From contig OX597837.1 of the NCBI GenBank assembly GCA_951406725.2, positions 4,898,001 through 4,962,000 of the forward strand: a stretch of DNA of 64,000 nt, in the 5' to 3' direction. The notes beneath the pieces are model-generated. The model did no database searches. It was not told the DNA's origin and saw nothing but the letters and a program-made list of their open reading frames with translations. The stretch comes from Octopus vulgaris (taxonomy: Eukaryota). Below, piece by piece: positions 12,001 through 27,132 of the stretch; positions within the stretch are counted from its first letter, which is position 1; every line of letters starts with the position of its first letter. The position numbers and the translations under genes were made by a program.

Positions 12001-15000
12001 CCACAGGCCGACCAAAGCTTTGTGAGTGGATTTGGTAAAAGGAAACTGAAAGAAGCCCATCGTATATGTGTGTGTGTATGTATATATACATATATATATT
12101 TTCTTAGTGGTAAGACCATAGCGGATCTATTTCTAGCATAAGGATGTTCACATAGTGGTTTCCCTCTAATATGTATATATGTATGTGTGTGTGTATATGT
12201 TTGTGTATCTATGTTTGTCTCCCCAACATTGCTTGACAACCGATGCTGGTGTGTTTATGTCCCCGTAACTTAGCAGTTCAGCAAAAGAGACCGATAGAAT
12301 AAGTAGTAGGCTTACAAAGAATAAGTTCTGGGGTCGATTTGCTCGACTAAAGGCGGTGCTCCAGCATGGCCGCAGTCAAATGTCTGAAACATGTAAAAGA
12401 GTAAAAGAGTAAAAACAGTAAAAAAAATTCTAATTTACCTGTTTTTTACTAGATTCCAATCCCATCTGAGCTCGCCAATGTTGAAGAAAGTGGTCAATTT
12501 TTTTCTCAATCAACTGGAGTTGTGGATTTTTCTTGTGTCTGTTTTGCCGGTCCTAAAAAATTTACAAACAAAGGGAAATAGATAGAATTAATTTTAAAAA
12601 AGCGGGGAGAAAAAAAAGATCATTTATAATTTTAGAGAACATGAAATTATTCTTTCCAGGATTTGTTTGATTTTGAAGCAGATAAGCTATAAATACAATA
12701 TGCAAATATTGGATAAAAACCCCTTTAAATAAAAAATTAAAAAATCGAAAGCTGCCAATGAGATTAGAACCCACATCTCCTGTAAACAAAATAGATGTTC
12801 TACCATTGCACCAAAGAAATTATTTGAATTCCTCTATTCATTTTAGAAATTTTATTCTAAGCTTATCTGATTTAAGACCAAACATTCCAAAAAAAGGAAT
12901 TCATTTAAAATAACCCTTTCTACTACAGGCACAAGGCTTGAAATTTGGTGGGAGGGAACTGGTTGATTATATCAACCTCAGTGTTTCACTAGTACTTAAC
13001 TTATTGACCCCAAAAGCATGAAAAGAAAAGTCGACCTCAGTGGAATTTGAACTCAGGACGTAGAGACTGATGAAAGTATTTTTTCCGGCACAGTAACAAT
13101 TCTGCCAGTTTGCCACCTAAAATTAATTTACAATAACCCTTTCTACAATAAGCACCAGGCCTGAAATTTTGGGGGAAGGGGCTAGTCAGTTACACAGACC
13201 TCCAGGGTAGTTATTTCATCAACCCCACTGAAAGGAGAAAAAGCAAAGTCGACCTGTGCAGAATTTGAACCCAGAACATAAAAGATGGGCAAAATACTTG
13301 CGAAGCATTTTGTCTGGAGCACAAACGATTCAGTCGGGTCACAAAGCCTGAAATTTCAGGAGGAAGGGCTAATCAGTTACATTGACCCCGAAAGGAAGGA
13401 AAAGAAACAAAATCGACATTGGCAGAATTTGAACTCAGAACATTAAGACGAATGAAATACTGCTAAGCAATTTCTCTGGAGTGCAAACAATTCTGCCGGT
13501 CCAATGCCTTTATTTATAATAGTGAAGGTTTAAGGTTTAAGGTTTAAGGTTTATTTCCACTCAACCTTTGTGAGATTTTGGTTTATTTTAATCTTAGATT
13601 GTTGACATTGATGGACTGCTCACACATCTGTAACAGTGCAACTGCTATTCACCCACACATAAACACACATATATATAAAAGGCGGCGAGCTGGCAGAAAC
13701 GTTAGCACGCCAGGCGAAATGCGTAGCCGTATTTCGTCTGCCATTACGTTCTGAGTTCAAATTCCACCGAGGTCAACTTTGCCTTTCGTCCTTTCGGGGT
13801 CGATAAATTAAGTACCAGTTACGTACTGGGGTCGATGTTATCAACTTAATCCGTTTGTCTCTCCTTGTTTGTCCCCTCTGTGTTTAGCCCCTTGTGAGCA
13901 GTAAAGAAATAAATATATATACAAAGAGGTAGGTATGATAGATCATAGATCCAAATTACAATACTGTTCACATAGCAAAGACAACACAGCAGCTGTTACA
14001 CACACACACACACAATGGGTATCCCAGATCCACGATACAATACTGTTCACATATATTCAGGGCATTACAGCTGTTACCTACAGGCATATAAGCCTCACGT
14101 ACCTGTGACAGCAGCTGCTACACAGACACACTTGCACAAAAACCACCCAAGACCTCATTATAACATTGCTCAGATATCTGGGACAGCGCTGCTTCTACAT
14201 ACAAAGACCATAGACCCACATCCAAAAAAAAAAAGAACCATGCTGTCCCAACCATATGACAAAACTCACTCACCAAACACACTCCAACCATTTCTACCAC
14301 AAATATTCTGTGTCTGCTCTTAGCCTTCTCCATGTGAAGGCGCATGGCTCAGTGGTTAGAGCATCGAGCTTACGATCGCGAGGTTGTGAGCTCGATTCCT
14401 GGACCGGGCTGCATGTTGTGTTCTTGAGCAAGACACTTTATTTCGCGTTGCTCCAGTTCACTCAGCTGTAGAAATGAGTTGCAACATCATTGGTGCCAAT
14501 CTGTATCGGCCTTTGCCTTTCCCTTGGATAACATTGGTGGTGTGGAGAGAGGACATCAGTATGCATGGGCGACTACTGGTCTTCCATAAACAACCTGGCC
14601 CAGACTTGTGCCTCGGAGGGTAACTTTCTAGGTGCAATCCCATGGTCATTCGTGACCGAAGGGGGTCTCAATCAACTCTTAGATTCTCCAACCAAAACTA
14701 CAACAGCTTTTTTGTATACTACCTCTCACTTTTTCCTTTTCCTTTTATGGTATTTAATCAGAGAAGAAAGAACTGTGCCAAGAATTTACAAGGACTCCAA
14801 GACACAGGTCTCACTGCATTAGAATGCAACACATCAGTGTGTATTCAGAAAGAGTGCAAAACATAGCATGTGCTGACGTAAGATGTTCTTGTAGTTGAGT
14901 GCTTTGTAAGACTGGCATCCCATCAGTTACATCTGATGTACTTGAGTCAAGTACATCAACATCAAAATAAAAATCAAATGGAAATTGTAGTTGTGATACC

Positions 15001-18000
15001 CATGCTGGTGGCATGTAAAAAGCACCAACAGATTGTGGCCATTGCCAGCCTCCTCTGGCCCGTGCCAGTGGCTCATAAAAAGCACCCACTAAACCCACGG
15101 AGTGGTTGGCGTTAGGAAGGGCATCCAGCTGTAGAAACACTGCCAGATCAGACTGGAGCCTGCCGCAGCCTCCTGGCTTCCCAGACCCCGGTCGAATCAT
15201 CCAACCTGTGCTAGCACGGAAAACGGACGTTAAACGATGATGATGATGATGAAATTCTTCATAATTTTCCCAATTAGTTGAAACAAGGGTAATGTTTTTC
15301 AGCAGGGATACGGTAAGGAAGGGGTTGAAGACGAAACAATTCTCACCTGAGCCAGCTTTACATTGTCTCTCACGTGTAGTTTGTCCTCTTCAATAGTTGG
15401 TACCTCGTCAGGTGAGTCCAGGTAGGACAGCAGGCCACTTGGCTGGAAAACAAAGAGAGAAGCAATGAACAAAAAGAAAAAAAACAAAACAAAACCATGT
15501 CAGCAGCAAACAACAAAAATAACAAACTCAAAGAGGTAAAACTACCCCCAGTTTAAAAACCATTGGTGACTGACCCCACCCCTTATCTCCCAATGCTAGT
15601 TTGGGTAGATGCCGTGTGAATATGTCCCTCGTTTAAGAAACAGATTGGGTTTATTTACATTTGTGAAGAAAAAAGATACCCTTCCCTCCACCCCTAACCC
15701 TAAAACAGATTGAAATGCAATAGATCGATACTAGGGTCATAATTATGGGTGACAATTTCATATGACACCGCTAGAAAAAACTGCCGTTCAAACCGAAAAG
15801 ATCCTTCTCTTGGCTTTATTGAGAAAATTCTATAGTTTGCAAGATATTTGTTATTTTTTTCTTCAATTTCTGCAAGTTCAACCAATCAATGACGTCTATC
15901 GAGGTAAAAAAACAAACATTCTGTGCCGTATGAATATGTCCCTCGTTTAAGAAACAGATTGGGTTTATTTACATTTGTGAAGAAAAAAAGATACCCTTCC
16001 CCCCACCCCTAACCCTAAAACAGATTGAAATGCAATAGATCGATACTAGGGTCATAATTATGGGTGACAATTTCATATTACACCGCTAGAAAAAACTGCC
16101 GTTCAAACCGAAAAGATCCAAATTTCCATCCATCTAATTTTGCTCCATGGTTAGGTCAATTCAAAACAAGGTAAATAAAAGAGTCCTCCAAATGCTAAAG
16201 GGTTAATAGGGACTGCGGCAGAAAAACCTCCCGTATTTCTACACATCAAGAATGGTGAAACTGGGAGGAGGTTTTTTTGTCACATCCTCTGCTATATTCT
16301 TAAAGATGAAAATGAAACAAAAAAAATGGGTTAGCGTCAATATTACTGGCACCAGAAAATGTAACAAGTTACCATTATTCTTCCAAGTAGATGCATAGCT
16401 GTGGGGTGACCAGTCACCCAAAGTCCAACCAGATGACGACTCAGTTGTCTGCAAAAGATGAAAGAATTCAATTTCACTTATTGATTCCACATTAATGTCA
16501 ACAAAGCTAAATAGTAATGTGTGTGTGTATATATATATATATACATACACTATAATGGACGAAAGCGCTAATATATGATATATGATGTATAAAAACATGG
16601 AACATACTAATAAATATCTGTAAATATAAAACCATTTGGATTTCTGAGTACCTCATTTCTTCTAATATAAAATACCTGTACATCATCTCCAAACCTTCTA
16701 ATATATATATACACACACCCACACATACATACAGATCACAACATGCACCCAGAAAACAGATCGCAACATACACACTCAACAAACTATATACACACACACA
16801 CACATGTACACACAGATCACAATATATTCACACACAGACTATAATATACAGAGGTTACAATGCACACACACTGATCACAACATACACACACATTAGACTA
16901 ATATATATATATATATATATACACACACAACGACTATAATAGACAGACCGTAATATACACACGAATCACAATATACACACCCACCAATGTATAGTATACA
17001 CACTAAACATCATACAGGGTGCATTACACAAACACAGATCATACTGTACCAGGTTCAGAGTACAACAGACCACAAGTACCACAATGTACTTGATACCATA
17101 CACCTCAGACCAAACAACACAGAGATCACACACACACACTTCTATGTATCCTTATGTAAGTCAGAGCAACAACAACTGCAGCAGCCGTCCAAGAATTTGG
17201 ACCTGGCGATCTGCAGCAGCCGTCCAAGAATTTGGACCTGGAGAGCTGCAGCAGCCGTTCAAGGGTTTGGACCTGGAGATCTCCATTTTCAGCGACTTCG
17301 AGGGCCACCTCCCAGTGGTGTCGGACGTCAACAAAGAGCTCTCAACTAGAAGACGACCAAAGTTTTTTTTTTTCCAAGGTCTTGGGTCTCCCGACCCTAA
17401 GCCCTAGACCATCACCTAATCACCCTTACCTGTCTTGTTGCTTAACAACAACAACAATAACAGCAGCAGCAGCAGTGACTGCAGGCTCAAATTCCCATAG
17501 CCGTCAACTCTCCCTCAAATCACACCCAATCTTCTTGATGTGTGCCTAAAGTCCATCCCCTCCTCACCGTGGTGGGGACGCTGGCAATGGGTAGCATCAG
17601 AACTATGCCGTCGGGAACTTCGGTTCCTGGTAGGGCCACCCAAGGCAGATTGGTCTGACACCGAGTGATATTAGGGCCACAACCCGGCAGACGGGGCTCT
17701 GGTGAAAATCTTCGGAGTGTCTGATTCGGCAACCGGCGGCTCCTCTTTCGTTCTGTCCCTGTGTCTGCAGACAATCTGCGGCAAACAGGATGTCTCCACA
17801 TGCGGGATTGTTGTGGACCGCTTGTAGAATTCATATTCCCACAAAACTTGTTCCACTGCCGTGGTTCGAGATTCCTCAAGAGTGGTAGAAGAAGCCGACT
17901 CAATCCACCCAGGTAGTAAGTAATCTTCTTGATGGAGAACTACATAAATCAGGGTTGATGCGGAGCTACACAACATTGAGGCCTAACCTCCCCGAAAGCG

Positions 18001-18953
18001 AAGGGTATGTAGAATTTTCCACTCACCTGTTAGTCAGCATGCGACTATCGGCACTTTGTGTGAACATGGCTGTGTGGAGATGTTTGGGTAAAGCACCTTC
18101 TCCAAGAGCCAAGTCTTGCATTTTGGCAGCAATTTCAGCATCACCTTCCTGAAACATGCACAACAGACATATTAGATGACTATGTTATAAACACATATTC
18201 ACACACAAATGTATATATACACGAGCAAACACATATTCACACACAGACACACACAAAGACACATACATCCAAACATACGTATTCACACACACACATGCAA
18301 ATATACGCACAAGCATGCATACATTCATACACACACATGTATATATACCCAAGCAGACATACATATATTCACACACACACAAATACACATACATCCAAAC
18401 ATACTCATTCACACACACACACACGCAAATACATATACACGCAAGCATACATACATTCATACACGCATATATACCCAAGCAGACATGCATATATTCACAC
18501 ACACACAAATACACATACATACAAGCACACATATATTCACGCATACATGCAAATACATATATACACAGCATGTATATATTCATACACACACAGGTATATA
18601 CACCCAGGCAGACATGCATATATTCACACTTTTTTACCTGTCTTGCAAATACTTGGTGACCCTGTCAGTGCAAGTGCCACTTAAAAGCACCCAGTCCACA
18701 CTGTAAAGTGGTTGGTGTTTGGAAGGAGGATTCCCGAGATCCTAGAAGACACACTCACAGACAGACAGACAGAACAGATTTTATATAATAGATATATATT
18801 GTGGCTGTGTGGTAAGTAGCTTGTTTACCAACCACATGGTCCCGGGTTCAGTCCCACTGCGTGGCACCTTGGGCAAGTGTCTTCTACTATAGCCTCGGGC
18901 CGACCAAAGCTTTGTGAGTGGATTTGGTAGACGGAAACTGAAAGAAGCCCATC

Positions 18954-19005
<52 letters not shown>

Positions 19006-22000
19006 TTGTCCCCCAGCATTGCTTGACAACCGATGCTGGTGTGTTTATGGCCCTGTTACTTAGCGGTTCGGCAAAAGAGACCGATAGAATAAGTACTGGG
19101 TTTACAAAAGAATAAGTCTTAGGGTCGAGTTGCTCGATTAAAGGCGGTGCTCCAGCATGGCCGCAGTCAAATGACTGAAACAAGTAAAAGAGTATATATC
19201 ATCATCATCATCATCGTTTAGCGTCCGTTTTCCATGCTAGCATGGGTTGGTCGGTTCAACTGTGGTCTGTGAAGCCGGAAGGCTTCATCAGGCCTAGTCA
19301 GATATATAAATATATATATATAATCATCATCAATTAACAGCCATTTCCCGATGCTTGGCATGGGTTGGACAGTTTCAGCTTGATGGGAACTGGCATGGCT
19401 GGAGAGCTGCACCAGGCTCCAATTGTCTGTTTTGGCATGGCTTCTATGGCTGGATGCTCTTCCTAACACCAACCACATTACAAGGGGCACTGGGTGCTTT
19501 CTACATGGCACCATCACCAATGCGTTCTAAATAGCACCATCGCCAGTCCTCCCTATGTGGAACCATTACCAGTACTTTTTACATGGCACCCGCACAAACA
19601 GGGTCACCGAGTTAACTTGCAAAAGAAAAACCCCTTGAGCTGGGAGGGGAGCATTAACCAGGAGCGTTTTATAGAGAGAGAGAGAGTGATGAGTGATGTA
19701 TTTTGAATTGTAAATAGAAAAAAAATCCATCAGAATGTATGTACTGACCTCAATAATGGCTTTCATCACCAGACCAGCACCTTTCACAATGGCCATAGAG
19801 GGATGCTGTAAAAGAGATTAATAAAAGACAAAGCTGAATAAAAAATGTTGTTTCCACATCACCAATAGAAAAGAGTTGAATATCAAGTAAATGAAGAAAC
19901 CTCTATGCCTAAGGAGATCTTCCTACATACAGCTTCTTCTTGCTACAGATCTACCTAAGGCTTCATCAAGCTATACACCTAGCTAAGTCGTCAAATAGCA
20001 AATAGACTTCCCTATGTCCTCGCTCAACTACAGACCTGACTCTTTAGCAATCAGACTACTCCGTAAAATTTAAGGATCTTTTCGGTTTGAATGGCAGATT
20101 TCAACATAATTTCTAGGTAACTAAAAAAATTTTAAACTTCGTATACTGGTAGAATGTGTTTATAAAACATCTTTTTCTCTTGGCTTTATTGAGAAAATTC
20201 TATTGTTTGTAAGATATTTGTTGTTTTTTTTTCTTCAATTTCTGCAATTTCAACCAATCAATGACGTCTATTGAGGTAAAAAAAAACATTCTTTGCCGTA
20301 TGAATATGTCCCTTGTTTAAAAAACAGATTGGGTTTATTTACATTTGTGAAGAAAAAAAGATACCCTTCTCCCTAACCTTAACTCTAAAATACATTGAAA
20401 TGCAATAGATCGATACTAAGGTCATAATTATGGGTGACAATTTCATATGACACCGCTAGAAAAAAACTGCCGTTCAAACCGAAAAGATCCAAATTTAATG
20501 CTTATCTCAGGCTGAAACCTGGTGCAAATCTTCGGCCTACCAGTTTCAATGAAACTGTCTAACCCATGCCAGCATAGAAAGCAGACATTATTTGACAATG
20601 ATGGTTGTTTTGAATTAATAATGCATTATCTTGTAGCTTCTAAACTTTGATAATGCGATTGTTTATTTTTAGAATGACATTGTAGGATAGGTGTGAGAGG
20701 CTGGATCTGGTCAGTTTGAACAAAAATCAGGTAGAATATTTGGGTCAGATATGGTCAGTTTAAATGCTAGTTTGTGGTACCAGTGCCGGTGGCACATAAG
20801 AGAACCATCCGAACGTGGCGTAGCCAGCACTGCATCAACTGGCCTCCGTGCCGGTGGCACATAACAAACACCATCCGATTGTGGATGTGCCACTTCGCCT
20901 GGTCTCCGTGCCGGTGGCACGTAAAAAACACCATCTGAGCGTGGCCGTTCGCCAGCCTTGTCTGGCACCTGTGTCGGTGGCACATAAAAAGCACCCACTA
21001 CACTCACGGAGTGGTTGGCATTAGGAAGGGCATCCAGCTGTAGAAACACTGCCAGACCTGACTGGCCTGGTGCAGCCTTCGGGCTTCCCAGACCCCAGTT
21101 GAACCGTCCAACCCATGCTAGCATGGAAAGCGGACGTTAAACGATGATGATGATGATAGCCAAAGACTTCCAGTTTTAGATCTAAGTCTTCATCTAGCTA
21201 TGAACATGTATAAAGCTTAACCAAAATAGGGAACACCCTGTTTCTTTAACAAAAAAAAAGGGGGTAAAAAAAAATGAAAAATATGAAAAATAACCAGCAA
21301 AAAAAAAAAAGCTAAGAGTACGAACCTGAAATAATTTGAAGACAATTCTACCATTTGCAGCAACCATCTCCAGCATGGTGTCAAAGTGGGCCCCTTCTGT
21401 TGTTTCACTATAGGGAGCACACAGAGCAAATGTTAAAAAATCCAACATGGATGAAATCACCAAAGCACCTGTGGCATGTACCTGGAGAAGACAGGGACCA
21501 ATCATAGACAGGTACAATAAGAATTTGGACGAAGGGGCAGTAGGAGTGGTAGTGGTGGTCAGGGGATTGTCAGGGTTTTCTGGAAGCAGGGACAAGAAGG
21601 GGGATATTTTGATAGGGAGTTTTCGTTTACTAAGTGCTTGGATAATCATGGTTGAGTAAAGTGACTTTTCAATTCACTAAGAGCGTGAGTGTGTGTGTGA
21701 AAGAGAGAGAGAGAGAGTGTGTGTGTGTGTGTGTGTGAAGGTGCGTGCCCTAATAGTTAGGGTGTTGCACTTATGATTGCCAGATTGAGGATTCAATTTC
21801 CAGACTGGCTGGCGTGTTGTATTCTTGATCAAAAGCACTTTATTTCATGTTGCTCCAGTCCACTCAGCCGTAAATGGGTACACCCCGCATCAAACTAACC
21901 TTCTGATCAGGAGGAATGTTGATCTGCATGTCTAGCTAGCAGGATGGCATCATTCAAAAGCTAAAATAATGCAAAGCGCACTGTGACCAGTTATGTAGAA

Positions 22001-22421
22001 TAATATTTGATAGTCTGATCAATCATGAGATGTGTGTGTGTGTGTGTATGTATATATATATATATTCTAGCAAAAACTGTCCGATGAACAGCAACGGGAA
22101 ACTCAGAGTAATAGGTTTTGTTGAATTTTCTGCTGCTTTAAATAAAGTTCCACCTGACTGGCACATAAAAAGCACCATTCGAGCATAGACAATTCCAGTG
22201 CTGCCTGACTGGCTCCTGTGCTGGTGGTAGGTAAAAGCACCCATTACACTCTCTGAGTGGTTGGCATTAGGAAGGGCATCCAGCTGTAGAAACCTTGCCA
22301 AATCAGACTGGAGGCTGGTGCAGCTTCCCGGCTTTCCAGCTCTCAGTCAAACCGTCCAACCCATGCCAGCATGGAAAGCGGACGTTTAACAACGATGATG
22401 ATGATGATGATGATATATATT

Positions 22422-22469
<48 letters not shown>

Positions 22470-25400
22470 GACAAATTCATGGCATGGTAACAAAATAAGG
22501 CAGTACATGGAATTGTATTAAATAATATGTTCAAAAGACACACATAATATATATAAGAACACACAAAGAGAACAAAGTGCAAACACACAGAGAAAATGTT
22601 GCCAAATCCTCCTCAGTTATTGTCCAAAGGACCGCAACAATTTGGTACCCTTAACAATAATATTGCTCCCTTATGGTGGTGTCAGCGACAAGAAGTTATA
22701 TATATATATATATATATATGAGACCCCCTTCCTTCACGACACTGACCATGGATTGCACCTAGAAAGTTACCCTCTCAGGCACAAGTCCGGGCAAGGTTGT
22801 TTATAGAGGACCAGCAGTCACCCATGCATACCAGCCTCCCCTCTCCACGCCATCAATGTTATCCAAGGGAAAGGCAAGGGCCGATACAGCTTGGCACCTG
22901 TGAAGTTGCAACTCATTTCTACAGCTGAGTGAACTGGAGCAACGTGAAATAAAGTGTCTTGCTCACGGAAACAACACGCAGCCCAGTCCAGGATTTGAGC
23001 TCGTGTGTGTGTATGTGTGTCGAGCGGAAAACAACACTTGAGCGTGGTTGTTGCCAGTGCAGCCTGACTGGCCATCATGCCGGTGGCACATACAAGCACC
23101 TACTACACTCTCAGAGTGGTTGGCGTTAGGAAGGGTATCCAGCAGTAAAAACTTTGCCAGATCAGATTGAGCCTGGTGCGGCCTCCCAGCTCACCAGTCC
23201 TCGGTCAAACCGTCCAACCCATGCCAGCATGGAAAGAGGACGTTAAATGATGATGAAGCACACACAAGGACACATGGCCTAGTGGTTAGGTGGTTAGGAT
23301 GTTGCTGTCATAATTGCAAGGTCATGATTTCAATTCGTGGTCTAGGCTTTGCGTTGTGTTCTTGAGCAAAACAATTCATCTCACGTTGTTTTGCAGTCAC
23401 TTCGACACCTGATGTGTGGTACAGTGTGCACCTGTCCAGGCAATGTCGATTTGACAGATGGAGTGAGCAAATGTACAGCACACGCATTTGGTCATTATAA
23501 ACAAATCAATTTGTGCAGTCATTCAGCAAAAGCTGAACACTCACTCATACATTGTCTTTGACGGGAGTGTCTGTCATCATCATCATCATTTAACATCCGC
23601 TTTCCATGCTAGCATGGGTTGGATGATTTGACTGAGGACTGGTGAACCAGATGGCTGCACAAGACTCTAATCTGATCTGGCAGAGTTTCTACAGCTGGAT
23701 ACCCTTCCTAATGCCAACCACTCCAAGAGTATAGTGGGTGCTTTTATGTGCCACCGGCATGAGGGCCAGTCTGGTGGTACTGGCAACGGCCACACTCAAA
23801 AGGTGTTTTTTACGTGCCACCTGCACAGGAGTCAGTCCAGCGGCACTGGCAATGACCTCACTCAAATGTTTTGTTCATGTGCCACTGGCACAAGTGCCAG
23901 TAAGGCGATGCTGGTAATGATCACGCTCGAATGGTGCTTCTTATGTGCTACCGGAACAGGAACCAGTCCAGCGGCACTGGCAACGACCTCGCTCGAATGG
24001 ATGCATTTTACGTGCCACTGGCATGGGTGTATTTACATGGTGCCATCCTGCATACATTTTACATGACACCAAGACAAGTGCATCTAACATGGTACCAGCA
24101 CCAGTGCATTGAATGCGACACAGATACAAGTGCATCTTGCGGGGCACTGGCACAAGTGCCAGTTAGGCGACGCTGATAATGATCACGCTCAAATGATGCT
24201 TCTTACGCACCACCAGCACAGAAGCCAGACAGATGCTCTATATGTTAGTGTGTATGTAGAGAGAGGGAGGGAGGGAGAGACATGGAAGGTTGGTGGTAAG
24301 ATAGTGAGAGAGGAAGAGACAAAAACGGAGACGAAGAAAAACAGAGCAAGCAAGGGAGGGGGAGGAAGAAGAAAGGTAGAGAGACAGGAAGTCAAACGGA
24401 TATAAAGGGGTCAAGACAAACAACAAGAGAAAGAGAAAGTGAAAATGGTTCATAGCTAACTTACCACATGATAGTTGAACATCTCAAGAAGACTTTCAAG
24501 GAATTTTCTCGAAGACATTAGAGAGTATTTATTCATCTGTTCTTGTCGGATGTCGTAGTCATCATGCATTGGCTAGAATTGGCAGAAAAAGATAGAGATG
24601 AATGTTGCCATATATGTATGTAAGTGTGTGTGTGTGTGTGTGCACATAATTATAAGATCCGAAGATGTATGTGTAGGAAGTGTGTAAACTTTGAGCAGCC
24701 TGTGTTATGCATGAAAAAAACCAAGGTTTAGGAACAATGATAATTTATTGGCATTGAAATCGATCAACATCAATGGAAATCGTAGTTGTGATACCAGTGC
24801 CGGTGGCACGTAAGACAACCATCCGAACGTGGCCATTGCCAGCGCCACCCCGACTGGCCTCCGTGCCAGTGGCACATAAAAAGCATCATCCGATCGTGGC
24901 CGTTGCCAGCCTCGTCTGGCCTCCATGCCACTGGCACTTAAAAAGCACCATCTGATCATGGCCGTTGCCAGCCTCGCCTGGCACCTGTGCCGGTGATGCG
25001 TAAAAAGCACCCACTACATTCACGGAGTGGTTGGCATTAGGAAGGGCATCCAGCTGTAGAAACTCTGCCAGATCAGACTGGGCCTGATGCAGCCTTCTGG
25101 CTTCCCAGACCCCAGTTGAACCGTCCAACCCATGCTAGCATGGAAAACGGACGTTAAACGATGATGATGATGAAGCTTGTAGGTTTTTTTCCCTACATTG
25201 AAGTTTGCTAAGATGAAAACATTTTTTTATATAGTCCACGGTTAGTGACTAGGGTTGCTATAAATGCAAATAAAAACCCAAATTGAGGGAATGGAGCAAT
25301 TAAACTCCAGGCTAAATATGTTTCCTAGCTAGCAGATACTCTGATGTAATAATTACGCAATAAGAGGTACTCAGCTGGCTACAAATCAGGCTGAAGATAC

Positions 25401-25480
25401 CCTAATTATATGAATGTTACACTGTCGTTAAGGAATCCCAAGTTAACTTGCCAAAGATATAATTTGAAATAAATGTGTGT

Positions 25481-25532
<52 letters not shown>

Positions 25533-27090
25533 TGATAAAAATGTTAAGCCAACAAAAGCAAGAAAGAGACCTCGATATTATGTAAGTAGAGGAATTTATC
25601 TGTAAATGTAATATGTGACAATTATTCGGTAGCCTTGATAAAACTCCGAGTTTCGGATACCGAGGTGGAAATCCATGCCACTATCTCTTCCGTTATCCGG
25701 CCATCGGAAAAATCCGAAAAAAGATTTTTCCGATGGCCACGTGGATTTCCACCTCGGCATCCGAAACTCAGGCTAAACACAGAGGGGATAAACAAGGACA
25801 GACAAATGGATCAAGTTGATTACATCGACCCCAATGCGTAACTGGTACTTAATTTATCGACCCCGAAAGGATGAAAGGCCAAGTCAACCTCGGCAGAATT
25901 TGAACTCAGAACATAACAGCAAACGAAATACCTATTTCTTTACTACCCACAAGGGGCTAAACACAGAGGGGACAAACAAGGACAGACAAATGGATCAAGT
26001 TGATTACATCGACCCCAATGCGTAACTGGTACTTAATTTATCGACCCCAAAAGGATGAAAGGCAAAGTCGACCTTGGCAGAATTTGAACTCATAACGTAA
26101 CAGCAGACGAAATACCGATAAGCATTTTGCCTGGCGTGCTAACGTTTCTGCCAGCTTGCCGCCTAAGATAATTACAATGTCACTAGTTAATTGATGACAA
26201 GATGTTGCGTTTAAAGTGTGCTGGTGGTGAGTAGGTGTTGTTTACCTGCATCAATGCACACAGCATGTCAACAGCTGCATGGGTAACCGCATTATCGTTA
26301 CGCTTCAGTGCTTTCACAACCTTAATACCAACTCTCTCTCGCATTCTGGAAGAGAAAAAAGAAAAAACAGAAATTTCCATCAATTGATAATTCATAAAAG
26401 ATGAGTTGGATTGTAAGAGTGCATGTCAACGACTGCATGTGTTGGGTGTGTGGGTGCATGTTCATGCATATGTACTTACTTGCACTTGTGAGACATTCAC
26501 CCTGGGTGGGTTGAGTCGGTTTCTTCCACCACCACCACCCTCGAGGCATTGCATTCGCCATTGAGAATTCATGGAAGAAGTTTCGTGGGAATATGTGGAT
26601 TTGACAAGCGGTCCCCAACAATCCAACATGTAGAGACATCCTGTTTGCCACAGATTGTCTGGAGACGCAGGGACAGAACGACCAAGGAGCCGCCGGTTGC
26701 CGAAACAGACACTCCGAGGATTTTCACCAGAGCCCCGTCTGCAGGGTTGTGGCCCTAATACCACTTGGTGTCAGACCAATCCGCCTTGGGTGGTCCTACC
26801 AGGAACCGAAGTTCCCAACGGCAGAGCTCTGATACTACCCGTTGCCAGCGTCCCCACCACAGGGACCTTTTGAGCGGAATGGGTTACTCGACCAGAAGAA
26901 AATTCTAACTGGGCCCCACCTGCAAGGTCATGTGCTGTTTATCTTGATATGAGATCAGCATGTTGTGCACATATGGTTGAGATGCATGTGCCTGGTGTAC
27001 CCTTATCAGACGGGTAGTCATGATGGGTATATTGGGCTTCGTATATTTTACCCCAGTGTCACTTTGATGGCATGCACTGCTTTCTCACTC

Positions 27091-27132
<42 letters not shown>

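Noticed and set aside
13526-13552. (TTTAAGG)x4 telomere-like run
   Set aside because: Too short, and not the canonical TTAGGG; an ordinary microsatellite.
18185-18706. His/Thr/Tyr-rich ORFs, also at 31113-31627, 47205-47748, 49011-49788 and 50844-51239
   Set aside because: Stop-poor translations of CA/TA microsatellites.
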